DNA from: Flavobacteriales bacterium
GTDB taxonomy: Bacteria; Bacteroidota; Bacteroidia; UBA10329
Direction: 5' to 3'
Assembly: GCA_021741155.1 (NCBI GenBank)
Contig: JAIOYP010000002.1
Coordinates: 113,557-177,556, forward strand
Length of the DNA: 64,000 nucleotides
Position 1 is the first letter of the stretch. The number at the start of each line of letters is the position of its first letter. The notes under the pieces were generated by a model that had not been told where the DNA came from, ran no database searches, and worked only from the letters and a program-made list of their open reading frames with translations. The position numbers and the translations under genes were made by a program. Shown piece by piece: positions 37,702 to 47,096 of this stretch.

Positions 37702-39456
37702 TCACAACTGAATCAACCGCCTCTGTGTTTTGATATCAAACGATCTTAGCTCCAGTTCCTCCTCAGTAAATACCGTAGGGCTACCATCTTCCACCACGCT
37801 ACGTTCATTTTCTGGCTTCAGCATTTCCATGGCCAATTGTCTGAATTTGGTTTGAATGGCACCTAAAAAGTGTTGGCCGAAAACGGTGTGGCCTCCTTCG
37901 TACAATTGCAACTGATATTCCTCAAACGTGGTAATATAACCACAATAAGCGTTCGAGTAGGTGGAGCAAATCACTTCGGTCACGCCACGGTCTGCCAATA
38001 TTTCAAGCAGCGTGTCTTCCAGTCGCTTACCAGCAATGGTGGTTATCTCGGCAGGAATTCCTGCCAAGGCCAAATTGCCGAGTATGATAATCTGAATAGG
38101 TAGAATTTGCTGAATCCAAGGTTTATCCCCCAAACTTCCGTTGGCGTGGAAACGCTTAAACTGCCCAATTGCAGGATCTGCCCAGCCGGGAACGACAAGG
38201 TTCTTGATATCGCGCGAGCCAAGAATTCTTCGGTCATCGGCTTCAATCAGAATATCCTTTGGGCCTTGCGTATGATATTTCTCGTAGATACGATCTGCAT
38301 TTTCCTTTGTCTTGAAAGGAGCTGCTGCAAGATCATACGCTTTTTGTGCTCTAATTAACGTGCGGGCAAGTGCACCAACTGCTGATGCCATGCCCGGGCC
38401 TTCCACTGTTCCTTCAAAGAAAGAGACGCCATGGCAGGCAGGGCCCGTACGCGGATCCTCTTGGCCGCAGGCAAATTCCTTATCGACAATAACCTTTCGG
38501 AAGTCAACATAGGTCATCACATGATCAAGCTGAGTTGGCATCTCGCTTTGAGACTTAGCTTGCTTAAACAGCTGGTGCGCATGCTCAAACTGAATCTCGC
38601 CATTGTATTTGGCGCTCTCAAAGTCGTCTTCAAACTTGCCACGGGTCCACTTTTTCTTGCGGTCCCATTTCCAGTTTGGCGTTACATCGCCCGTTTTACG
38701 CTGCGCGAAAATCGAGATAAACTTGTCCTTCTTTCGCTTGCGAACCTTGTCTTCGTGATACTTTGATGCATAGCCTTTATTGTCTGAACAAATACGATGA
38801 TTGTCGTTACTCAAACTGGTGGTATGCACACCAAACCAGTTCCACGAACCAATTGGATTTCCTTCCAAATCATCGAAACGCATCAAAAGCATGTTGCGAT
38901 CCACGGCCTGATTTGCCTCTTCCTTTTTGAGTTTGGTTTTGACCTCTGGATTGGCGTTGTAGGCACTCAACGAACGATTGAAGGCTACTTCTTTGTCTGC
39001 TCCTACCTCCGATTTAGAAATCTTAATGGTGGCTGGGCGGATGCTTTCGGCAGCTTCCACAATTGCCTCTACAATACCATCAACCACTTTCTGATACACT
39101 TCTGGCACAAAGCCCGGAATGGTCATATTGTATAACCCGAAATGCGAATAGCCCCCTGGCGCACTGTGCGTGTGCTGAGCGGTTATCATCACAGAATCTT
39201 CCGTAAACCCGAGATGTTCGTGCTTGCGCTGCAACTTCTTCATCACACCTCGTCTTATGGCAATGGTGATAAAGCATATCTCAGCATTAATTAAGGCCAC
39301 TTTCTTGCCCGTAGTCGTGTCGCGAATGACAACCGCGCGCGCAAATAAATCTGTTTCTACCCCTTTTACGATATTGAAATACATACCGTAACCCATCATT
39401 CCCACACCGAGTTTAAACAAGGTGATGTCGGCCTTTCCAACGCCTATTTCATACAT
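37702..39456 (-). CDS. neutral/alkaline ceramidase-family hydrolase
   Basis: N-terminus MYEIGVGKADITLFKLGVGMMGYGM… matches the neutral-ceramidase N-domain, as in Pseudomonas/Mycobacterium neutral ceramidases. 584 aa. Confidence 0.7.
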   Translation of the reverse strand: MYEIGVGKADITLFKLGVGMMGYGMYFNIVKGVETDLFARAVVIRDTTTGKKVALINAEICFITIAIRRGVMKKLQRKHEHLGFTEDSVMITAQHTHSAPGGYSHFGLYNMTIPGFVPEVYQKVVDGIVEAIVEAAESIRPATIKISKSEVGADKEVAFNRSLSAYNANPEVKTKLKKEEANQAVDRNMLLMRFDDLEGNPIGSWNWFGVHTTSLSNDNHRICSDNKGYASKYHEDKVRKRKKDKFISIFAQRKTGDVTPNWKWDRKKKWTRGKFEDDFESAKYNGEIQFEHAHQLFKQAKSQSEMPTQLDHVMTYVDFRKVIVDKEFACGQEDPRTGPACHGVSFFEGTVEGPGMASAVGALARTLIRAQKAYDLAAAPFKTKENADRIYEKYHTQGPKDILIEADDRRILGSRDIKNLVVPGWADPAIGQFKRFHANGSLGDKPWIQQILPIQIIILGNLALAGIPAEITTIAGKRLEDTLLEILADRGVTEVICSTYSNAYCGYITTFEEYQLQLYEGGHTVFGQHFLGAIQTKFRQLAMEMLKPENERSVVEDGSPTVFTEEELELRSFDIKTQRRLIQL

Positions 39457-39579
39457 GATACCTATGCTGTTTTGTAAGATTTACCGCCTGAAGCAGTGTC
39501 TGCTAAAGTTAGATACAATGCATGCATCTATTTAGTCTGAAACGATATTTTTTGCTCTTTTGACAATAAGCAGAAACAA

Positions 39580-40182
39580 ATGCAACATAACAGACATCTC
39601 ATCATCTTTATCAAGAACCCCGTATTGGGAAAAGTGAAGACGCGCCTGGCAGCTGGAATTGGCGAAAAGAAGGCGTTGGACGTATATCAACAGTTGCTAG
39701 AAATAACCAGAAACGCTGCTCTAAAATCAGATTGCACTCGGAATGTTTTCTATTCTGATGAGATTGAAAATGATGCATGGGATGAAGACAAATTCAACAA
39801 GTTTGTACAGGAAGGCGATTCTTTGGGTGATAGGATGAAGAACGCCTTTATGCAGGTATTTGCCCTTGGCGCGACTGAAGCAATAATTATCGGGAGCGAT
39901 TGCCCAGAATTAAACGCTGACATCATTCATCAGGCTTTTGAAGTTTTAGACGAAAAAGATGCGGTTATCGGCCCTGCGAAGGATGGCGGATATTATCTTC
40001 TTGGGATGAAAAAACTGCTACCATTTGTTTTCGAAAACAAAGAATGGAGCACCGATTCGGTATTCACTGACACTACCAATAACCTCGAGACAAATAAGTT
40101 GAGTTATGGATTGGTTCGTCAGCTTTCTGACCTTGATAACATTACCGACCTGAGAGATTCTAAACTCAATTTTATGGAATAA
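39580..40182 (+). CDS. DUF2064 / TIGR04282-family glycosyltransferase-like protein
   Basis: …LIIFIKNPVLGKVKTRLA…IIGSDCPEL…VIGPAKDGGYYLLGM…, 200 aa. Confidence 0.7.
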   Translation: MQHNRHLIIFIKNPVLGKVKTRLAAGIGEKKALDVYQQLLEITRNAALKSDCTRNVFYSDEIENDAWDEDKFNKFVQEGDSLGDRMKNAFMQVFALGATEAIIIGSDCPELNADIIHQAFEVLDEKDAVIGPAKDGGYYLLGMKKLLPFVFENKEWSTDSVFTDTTNNLETNKLSYGLVRQLSDLDNITDLRDSKLNFME

Positions 40183-40235
40183 GAAAGGGCGTTCCAATGG
40201 GACGCCCTTCTTTATTCGATTTAAGCTATAGCGCT

Positions 40236-40952
40236 TTAAAGCACATAAATGGCAAAGAAAACAGCCCCAAGAATGATGGCTAGTACCGCAAGGCCAGCAC
40301 CGATAATTCCAAAGATCATTCCCAATTTCGCCTGTGATCCCGTGCCATTGTTCTTCTTATATAGTATGGCAAACGTGATGGCCGCTGCTCCAAGCAACAG
40401 GGCAAGAACAGCTGCACCCCATACAAAGGAAGAGAAAAACACAACTGTCAGTATCGCAAATATCAGTGCCAATGCACCAAACGCAAGCGAACCTATTCCA
40501 GTTCCAAAAGCAACCCATTTCATCCAATCCATACCTCCAACTGGAGCAGCTTTGGTTGGCTTCAACATTTCTTTGCTAATTGCTCGCATGCGTTGGCTAA
40601 AATCCATGCCTTTGAACTCATTAGAATGAAGCACTTCTTTCATGCTCTCTTTTTTCTCCGCCTGAAATGTCTGTGGTTTAGCATCGGAAGCATCTGCAGT
40701 TAGAACCAACTCTTGGTTAGATTCAATCTCCTTCACTGCAACAGGCTCAACCGTTTTCATTTCCTCGGTTTTACGAGCTTCAGCTACTCCCGACTCTTCA
40801 GCTACTTGTACTTTCTCTCGCTTTTTAGAAATATCAACGTGAAATCCTGGTCGGTATTTTCTCTTGATAATATCGATGTTTCCGCAGGATGAGAACATCA
40901 ATCCAGCGGCAAGAACCGCTATCAACGCTTGTAACTGTACGTTTCTTTTCAT
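40236..40952 (-). CDS. hypothetical membrane-anchored lipoprotein
   Basis: Lipobox FSSC, charged middle region, C-terminal 3 TM helices rich in Gly/Ala. Confidence 0.5.
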   Translation of the reverse strand: MKRNVQLQALIAVLAAGLMFSSCGNIDIIKRKYRPGFHVDISKKREKVQVAEESGVAEARKTEEMKTVEPVAVKEIESNQELVLTADASDAKPQTFQAEKKESMKEVLHSNEFKGMDFSQRMRAISKEMLKPTKAAPVGGMDWMKWVAFGTGIGSLAFGALALIFAILTVVFFSSFVWGAAVLALLLGAAAITFAILYKKNNGTGSQAKLGMIFGIIGAGLAVLAIILGAVFFAIYVL

Positions 40953-41107
40953 TTCAAATAATGTTAGGTTGAGGGCAAATTTAGGTTTAAGCCTAGGCCA
41001 CCTCTTGACAAAAAGCAGCTATTTATCAACGTCCAATTATTGATTACTCTAGCCTTACGCACTTAAAATGAGATTTTCGGGCCGCATGGTCTGAGACGGA
41101 TCAACAA

Positions 41108-41152
41108 CTTCGTGTTTTGGGGCGAGAGACGGGGGACGAGGGGCAAAACGTC
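41108..41152. repeat. GC-rich element A (downstream of ABC-F gene)
   Basis: gtgttttggggcgagagacgggggacgaggggcaaaacgtcc, related (about 75% identity) to 43286-43328. Confidence 0.4.
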
Positions 41153-41159
41153 CACAACA

Positions 41160-41247
41160 ACTCGCCTCTTATCTCTCTGTCTCTCTGTCTCTTTATCTCT
41201 TGTCTCTTTTCTCTCTCTCGCCTCTCTTGTCCCTTGTCCCTTGCTCC
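41160..41247. repeat. CT/GA low-complexity tract (about 88 nt)
   Basis: tctctctgtctctctgtctctttatctcttgtctcttttctctctctcgcctctcttgtcccttgtcccttgctccc, immediately after the ABC-F stop codon. Confidence 0.6.
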
Positions 41248-43185
41248 CTAGCTGCTCAGCGTCTCATGTTTGTTAACTGCCTCTTCCCACTCTGCCATTT
41301 TTGCATCCAAGGCTTCTTGCTTTTGCTGATATTCTTTGAATACATCTCGCTCGACCAATGCTTCCTTGTAGCCTTCGGCATCCAGCATCAGTTCGTCCAA
41401 ATCAGCAATTTCCTTTTCAAGCTTGGCAATTTCCTGCTCCAATCGATCAGCACGATTCTTAGCATTTCGCACTTCCTTTTCACGCTCTTTGCGAAGGTGC
41501 TGCTCCTCTTTCGTTTCTCGTTTCGTCTCAACTTTAACCTCCACCACTTTCGGCTTTTCACTAAACTCCTTAATGCTGCCGGCTTTCACCTTATCCAAGA
41601 ATTCGTAGACATCGCCAATGTGTTGTTTCACATTCTTATCCTTGAACTCATATACTTTAGAGGTCAATCCGCTCAGGAAATCCCTGTCGTGAGAAACAAT
41701 AATCATGGCGCCATCATACTTCTGAAGCGCTTGTTTCAGCACATCCTTCGAGTGCATGTCCAAGTGATTGGTCGGCTCATCCAGAACCAACAAATTCACT
41801 GGTTCGAGCAGCAACTTGGCAAGTGCCAAACGACCGCGTTCCCCTCCAGAAAGCACGCTTACTTTCTTATCCACGTCTTCTCCTCCAAAGAGGAATGAGC
41901 CGAGAATATCGCGCAGCTTCGTACGTACATCGCCCCTTGCCACATCATCAAGCGTTTGAAAAACAGTCTTGGAAGAATCGAGCGATTCGGCCTGATCCTG
42001 AGCGTAATAACCCATAGAAACGTTATGGCCCAATTCCAAGTTCCCTGTGCAATCCAATTCACCCACAACAATCTTGGAGAATGTGGTTTTTCCCTCACCA
42101 TTCTTTCCTAAAAGTGCCACTTTCTCGCCTCTATCGAGCATGAGGTCAACGTTTTTCAACACTTCGAGGTCACCGTATTTTTTAGAAACACCTTCTGCCA
42201 AAACCACCACTTTACCAGCACGCGGTGCTGGTGGGAATCGAAGTCGCATCACAGAAGTGTCTTGCTCTTCCACTTGAATGCGTTCAATTTTATCCAACGC
42301 TTTAATCCTACTCTGAACCTGCGTTGCCTTAGAAGCTTTTGATCGGAAACGATCAATGAAACGCTCTGTATCGGCAATAAGCTTCTGCTGATTGTCGTAC
42401 GAAGCCATTTGCAACGCAATTCGTTCCGCGCGTTGCTCAACGTACTTCGAATAAGGCACTTTGTAGTCGTTGATTCGCCCTAAAGTGATGTCAATTGTGC
42501 GATTGGTGATGTTATCCAAGAACGCCCTATCGTGAGAAACAAGTATCACCGTTCCGTTATGATCTTTCAAGAATTCCTCCAACCATTGAATGGAAAGAAT
42601 GTCCAAGTGGTTGGTCGGCTCATCCAGCAGCAACACATCTGGCCGCTGAACAAGAATCTTCGCCAACTCCACGCGCATTTGCCAACCACCGCTAAACTCT
42701 TCCATTTTCCGAGTGAGGTCTTTGCGAAGAAATCCCAATCCCAACAGCACTTTTTCAACCTCAGAATCGGCAGTATCGCCTCCAAGCAAGCTGAAACGGT
42801 CATTCGCAACGGTCATATCTTGAATGAGCTCCATGTAAGAATCCGTCTCATAATCCGTACGCTCTTCCAGCTGCTTGGTGTAGTATTTCACCTTAGCATC
42901 AAGGTCTTTCAACTCTGCAAGTGCGCTGTACGTCTCATCAAAAATGGTCTTTCCGGCCTTTGGCTTAATATCTTGAGAAAGATACCCGATGGTGGCACCA
43001 CTTGGCTTAGAAATAACACCTGATTCGGCCTCCAATTGGCCAGCAATAACCTTGAGCAAGGTCGATTTTCCTGCACCGTTTTTACCTACTAGACCAATCC
43101 TATCCTTCGGATTGGCCAAAAAAGAGATGTTATTGAAAAGGAATTTCCCGTTGAATTGAACGGAAATCTGGTTAAGTGATATCAT
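41248..43185 (-). CDS. ABC-F family ATPase (tandem ABC domains, K/E-rich coiled-coil C-terminus)
   Basis: Two Walker A sites (GKNGAGKST, GKNGEGKTT), two LSGG signature motifs, inter-domain linker, 645 aa, no TM domain. Confidence 0.9.
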   Translation of the reverse strand: MISLNQISVQFNGKFLFNNISFLANPKDRIGLVGKNGAGKSTLLKVIAGQLEAESGVISKPSGATIGYLSQDIKPKAGKTIFDETYSALAELKDLDAKVKYYTKQLEERTDYETDSYMELIQDMTVANDRFSLLGGDTADSEVEKVLLGLGFLRKDLTRKMEEFSGGWQMRVELAKILVQRPDVLLLDEPTNHLDILSIQWLEEFLKDHNGTVILVSHDRAFLDNITNRTIDITLGRINDYKVPYSKYVEQRAERIALQMASYDNQQKLIADTERFIDRFRSKASKATQVQSRIKALDKIERIQVEEQDTSVMRLRFPPAPRAGKVVVLAEGVSKKYGDLEVLKNVDLMLDRGEKVALLGKNGEGKTTFSKIVVGELDCTGNLELGHNVSMGYYAQDQAESLDSSKTVFQTLDDVARGDVRTKLRDILGSFLFGGEDVDKKVSVLSGGERGRLALAKLLLEPVNLLVLDEPTNHLDMHSKDVLKQALQKYDGAMIIVSHDRDFLSGLTSKVYEFKDKNVKQHIGDVYEFLDKVKAGSIKEFSEKPKVVEVKVETKRETKEEQHLRKEREKEVRNAKNRADRLEQEIAKLEKEIADLDELMLDAEGYKEALVERDVFKEYQQKQEALDAKMAEWEEAVNKHETLSS

Positions 43186-43203
43186 TCCGCAAAAGTGCGG
43201 AAT
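43184..43203 (-). promoter_or_regulatory. perfect 8-bp hairpin overlapping the ABC-F start codon
   Basis: attccgca-aaag-tgcggaat (palindromic). The 3' arm on the mRNA includes the AT of the ATG. Confidence 0.3.
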
Positions 43204-43285
43204 TGTATTCTTAACTCATCTCACCAAAGTGAATTGAGATTTTTCCAAAAAAACAGCTTCATAGACGTTTAATAACGCTGTGTTT

Positions 43286-43340
43286 GAGGGACGAGGGACA
43301 TGTGACGAGGGGCGAAAACGTCCCTTGCCCCTTGACCTTC
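43286..43340. repeat. GC-rich element B (upstream of ABC-F / DUF983 divergent region)
   Basis: gagggacgagggacatgtgacgaggggcgaaaacgtcccttgccccttgaccttcgcccc. Contains the 8-bp stem ggggcgaa…ttcgcccc. Related to element A. Confidence 0.4.
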
Positions 43341-43451
43341 GCCCCATTTATTGCAATCAGTAATATTCTTGCAGCATTAACCCATAAATGTGACCTAAGT
43401 TGCGATGGTTTTCAGCAATGTGTGTTCCTTTGTCGACAAATTGAAAAATCG

Positions 43452-43853
43452 ATGTTGGAAGGTACCAAGATATACAGTATTCTGAAGCTAAAATGCCCTC
43501 GTTGTCACGAAGGAGATCTTTTTATGACCCGAAATCCTTACAATTTTACGAAGCTTGAAACCTTGCATGATGCGTGTCCTGTCTGTAAGCAAAATTATTG
43601 CCCAGAGCCTGGTTTTTTCTACGGAGCAATGTATGTGAGTTATGCGCTAACGATTGCGCTGAGCGTTGCGGTTTTTGTAGCAATGACAGTGTTTTGGCAC
43701 TTTGATGTGTTGTGGTATCTCGGACTGAACGCATTAGCCATCATCCTCCTTTTTCCACCCATTTTTAGGGTTTCGAGAGCGGTCTGGTTCAATTTTTTTG
43801 TTTCCTACAAAACACCAGAAGAGCGAGCCGCTATGGCTCAGGAAAAGGCGTGA
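43452..43853 (+). CDS. DUF983-family zinc-ribbon membrane protein
   Basis: CPRCHEG…CPVC zinc ribbon followed by 2 TM helices. Start at MLEGTK; the track start at 43284 runs through repeat element B and was rejected. Confidence 0.6.
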   Translation: MLEGTKIYSILKLKCPRCHEGDLFMTRNPYNFTKLETLHDACPVCKQNYCPEPGFFYGAMYVSYALTIALSVAVFVAMTVFWHFDVLWYLGLNALAIILLFPPIFRVSRAVWFNFFVSYKTPEERAAMAQEKA

Positions 43854-44473
43854 AGCGCGTTTCCTTCGAGAATGTGAACGCCTGTTAGGCTTTCTTTTCC
43901 AAGTCTGACCATCGCTTTTGCAACGGTAGCGCCTTGAATTCCCTTGTATTTACTCATTGAACCTACCATCAGCGGATTCACTAGGGTCATCACTCCTTTT
44001 CCAATCAACTCACCAAATCGGAATTCCTTGCGTTCGCCCATCAACATAGATGGACGAAGAATGATTAGCGAATCGAATCCAATTGCTTCGAGGTCTTTTT
44101 CGGTTTCGCCCTTGACCTTTAAATAGAAGTTTGAGGTCTTTGGATTTGCTCCAACGGAAGAAATAAACACAAACGTTTTGGCGCCAGCGGCTTTTGCATT
44201 TCTAGCAAAATCCATCACCAAATCGTGATCAACGTGGTAGAACGCGTCCTTACTTCCTGCGGTTGCAATGGTAGTACCAAGCGCACAGAAAGCGACATCG
44301 ACTTCACTTAATTTCTGTTGAGATAAATCGCCAACAAGCACATCGAATTTTCCTGATAGTTGAAGTGGTTTGCGAGAAAGAACGGCTACTTTTTCAAACG
44401 ATTCATCATCCTTCAAAAAGTTGAGGAGAATATTGCCAATAAAACCTGTGGAACCTGCGACTGCTGCTTTCAT
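43838..44473 (-). CDS. NAD(P)H-binding (atypical SDR/NmrA-like) protein
   Basis: MKAAVAGSTGFIGN Rossmann N-terminus, 211 aa. Confidence 0.65.
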   Translation of the reverse strand: MKAAVAGSTGFIGNILLNFLKDDESFEKVAVLSRKPLQLSGKFDVLVGDLSQQKLSEVDVAFCALGTTIATAGSKDAFYHVDHDLVMDFARNAKAAGAKTFVFISSVGANPKTSNFYLKVKGETEKDLEAIGFDSLIILRPSMLMGERKEFRFGELIGKGVMTLVNPLMVGSMSKYKGIQGATVAKAMVRLGKESLTGVHILEGNALHAFS

Positions 44474-44485
44474 ACAGCAAAGGAA

Positions 44486-46240
44486 TCAGTTTTTAATCAA
44501 TCGCTGAATGTGAGATTTCGCTTCGTTGCGAACTTCAAGCAGATAAACACCTTTTGACAACTGAGAAGTTGAAATGGTTTGATTATTTGAATTCAAAACA
44601 CCATTCAATACCATTCGACCCGCTGCATCATAGATGTTGAACTGACTTCCTGATTTCCATTCACCTGCAACTGTAATTTGATCTTGGAACGGATTGGGAT
44701 AAACAGAAATCTCATTCTTGGCTTCATCATCAATGCCATTAATCAGGCTAAGATTACACGTTGAAAAATCAAAATACTGGTGCGATTCGTTTCCGCAGGT
44801 AGTTGGAGCCTCAACTGCTTGTGTGCTCACATAATTTCCTCCATCTATAGAAGGTGCGTACAACTCTCTTCTCATGGCCCCTTCAGTCAATTGAAAATAC
44901 ATTGGAGAACTCAAGTTGTTGTTGTGTTGCAGCAAATGTGCATGGCCTATTTCATGCAAAATGGCTGTTTCCAAATCATATAAATTACCCATCGGAGCCA
45001 CATCGCCTATCCACCAATCAATATCTCTATTGAGTAAAATATCAACCTCAATCAAATTCCATTGCAATCCATTTGGAGTGCCGCAACCAGAAAATGTAGT
45101 AACCGTTTTTCCTAATAGATAAGAAGGCAGTTGCCCCGGATTTGAAAGTCCGATGAGATTCGTTCCATCATGCGACCAGTCGGTCAAATTCACAATCTCA
45201 TTGTCCAGCGTAAAATTGACTCCCGTGTTACACGCCCATTTTACGAATGCATCTTCCACCATATCCGAACCGTTGACAAACTGAGCCAATTGTTGGTTGC
45301 TCTTGTAGATATAGCCACCTCCTTGCATGCCAACAAGCATGGTATTGTTGAGTTGGTTTGAATAAATCACCTCACTTTTAGCATACTCAACTGATACCTG
45401 CTGTGCGCTTTCTGCGCTAGCCCCGTTTCCTGAAATAACTCGGATTGAACCTGTACCAGCAACCGTAGTATTGTAAAGTGTGGCTGAAGGAACAAACATC
45501 TCAATCTGAGTATCGGTCCAACTCAAATAATGTGGACCAGTTGGCAGACTTACGAAACTCTGTCCACCATCATCGGCATTGTGAAAAGCCACATAACCAT
45601 CGGCTTGCTCGGTTCCAAAACCTTGACCACTGATAGTCAAAATAGTTTGCGTTCCTGCGGTTACCTCTAGCGGATAAACCGATGAAATTTCTGGAATTGC
45701 TCGGCTTGTCTGAGTAGAGTTTGCTGGAAGAAGGTCAGCTGGAACTCTCCTTAGTTCTATCGTTTGAGTTCCAGTTGAGCGAGCGATGGTTTCATAAAGT
45801 GCTTCGCGATGTGCAACGTTTTTCAACCCGTAAACCATTCCACTTTTTTCATCCACAGGATAAAATGCGGAAGCAATCGATGCCAACGAGCGTTGCGCAT
45901 CATCGGCCAAAACCAAAACCCCGTAATCACCAACTTGCATCTGAGCGCTTGGCGTGACCACTTGCATCAAGTCGCCAATTACCCCTCCTTCGGTTACTAT
46001 ATCTAAATTGAAACCAACTTCGCCCTTAAACACACGGTAAACATCAATACTGTTTGATGTATAGATATTTCCATCTGTTCCAGCAAAAGTCTGCTGGCTC
46101 ACAACCTTTCCTTCGATGATCTTGTTAGAAGAATTGAGTTGCTGTTCGACCGCATTTGGAAGGCTCAGGCACTGCGCCCAGCCTTCCAGCCCAAAAAACA
46201 GGGATAGCAGTAAAACAAACAGATACTTTTGAAACTTCAA
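44486..46240 (-). CDS. secreted zinc metalloprotease with T9SS C-terminal sorting domain
   Basis: Signal peptide; HEIGHAHLLQH (HExxHxxxxxH, metzincin-like with Leu at the usual Gly position); C-terminal about 80-aa Por-secretion-tail-like domain (…ISVYPNPFQDQI…KGVYLLEV…). Confidence 0.7.
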   Translation of the reverse strand: MKFQKYLFVLLLSLFFGLEGWAQCLSLPNAVEQQLNSSNKIIEGKVVSQQTFAGTDGNIYTSNSIDVYRVFKGEVGFNLDIVTEGGVIGDLMQVVTPSAQMQVGDYGVLVLADDAQRSLASIASAFYPVDEKSGMVYGLKNVAHREALYETIARSTGTQTIELRRVPADLLPANSTQTSRAIPEISSVYPLEVTAGTQTILTISGQGFGTEQADGYVAFHNADDGGQSFVSLPTGPHYLSWTDTQIEMFVPSATLYNTTVAGTGSIRVISGNGASAESAQQVSVEYAKSEVIYSNQLNNTMLVGMQGGGYIYKSNQQLAQFVNGSDMVEDAFVKWACNTGVNFTLDNEIVNLTDWSHDGTNLIGLSNPGQLPSYLLGKTVTTFSGCGTPNGLQWNLIEVDILLNRDIDWWIGDVAPMGNLYDLETAILHEIGHAHLLQHNNNLSSPMYFQLTEGAMRRELYAPSIDGGNYVSTQAVEAPTTCGNESHQYFDFSTCNLSLINGIDDEAKNEISVYPNPFQDQITVAGEWKSGSQFNIYDAAGRMVLNGVLNSNNQTISTSQLSKGVYLLEVRNEAKSHIQRLIKN

Positions 46241-46359
46241 CAGAATAGGTTTATTGGTCGGTCAATCGAAGTTCAATCTACCGATTACTCCTTTAGATGT
46301 TACGGGTTTCACGTAGTTTTAGACCAATAGGGATATACACCCGATGAATAGAATTTAAC

Positions 46360-47025
46360 ATGACACAATCAACCAAGTCGTTTGTCGAAGTTCCCAGAAC
46401 TGCCAGATATTACAAGCTGAACACTGTAAGCCAGAAGACGGAAAACATCTGGATTGTCTTTCACGGCTACGGACAGCTGTCGGAATACTTCATAAAACAC
46501 TTTGAAGAATTGGATGCTGAAGAGAATTTTATCATCGCTCCAGAAGGCCTTTCAAGGTTCTATGTTGATGGCTTAACGGGACGGGTTGGCGCAAGCTGGA
46601 TGACCAAAGAAGACCGCGAGGAAGAGATTAAAGACCAATCAAATTATATCAACGCAGTTTTGAATGATGCTGGAGTAGACTTTTCAGATGTTTCCTATCG
46701 ATTCATTGTTCTTGGGTTCTCGCAGGGAACAGCAACGGCAGTTCGTTGGTTTGCGAACAATGGAATTCGTCCATCACAATTAGTACTTTGGGCAGGTTCG
46801 TTTCCGCATGATGTGAACGCGATAGAACAATCAGACATCTTCAAAAATCTTCCCGTTCATTTCGTCTATGGTGATAAAGACCAATTTTTGAAGGATGTGA
46901 ACATTGAAGAGAAAACAGCCGAGTTTGAAAATATGGGAATGAAACTCTCCGTTTGGCCTTTTGAAGGAAAACACGTGATGGACAGACCAACTCTTGCCAA
47001 GATTGTTGGTAGCTTTGACCATTGA
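46360..47025 (+). CDS. alpha/beta hydrolase (phospholipase/carboxylesterase family)
   Basis: …IVFHGYGQ…, nucleophile elbow GFSQG, 221 aa. Confidence 0.7.
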   Translation: MTQSTKSFVEVPRTARYYKLNTVSQKTENIWIVFHGYGQLSEYFIKHFEELDAEENFIIAPEGLSRFYVDGLTGRVGASWMTKEDREEEIKDQSNYINAVLNDAGVDFSDVSYRFIVLGFSQGTATAVRWFANNGIRPSQLVLWAGSFPHDVNAIEQSDIFKNLPVHFVYGDKDQFLKDVNIEEKTAEFENMGMKLSVWPFEGKHVMDRPTLAKIVGSFDH

Positions 47026-47096
47026 AGTGAATAGCGAAAAGCGACCAGTGAATAGAAAAAGAAGACACTTCTACTTTGAACATTAAATAGTAAATC

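Noticed and set aside
41160-41247. CRISPR array or tandem-repeat locus
   Set aside because: The CT tract has no regular repeat-spacer periodicity. No direct repeats of 25-40 nt with unique spacers occur anywhere in the window.
41200-41898. 232-aa plus-strand ORF
   Set aside because: It starts in the CT low-complexity tract (yielding an L/S/F-rich peptide) and is fully antisense to the strongly supported ABC-F gene.
43284-43451. N-terminal extension of the DUF983 gene proposed by the ORF track (MRDEGHVTRGE…)
   Set aside because: It spans GC-rich repeat element B. The conserved zinc-ribbon protein begins at MLEGTK (43452).
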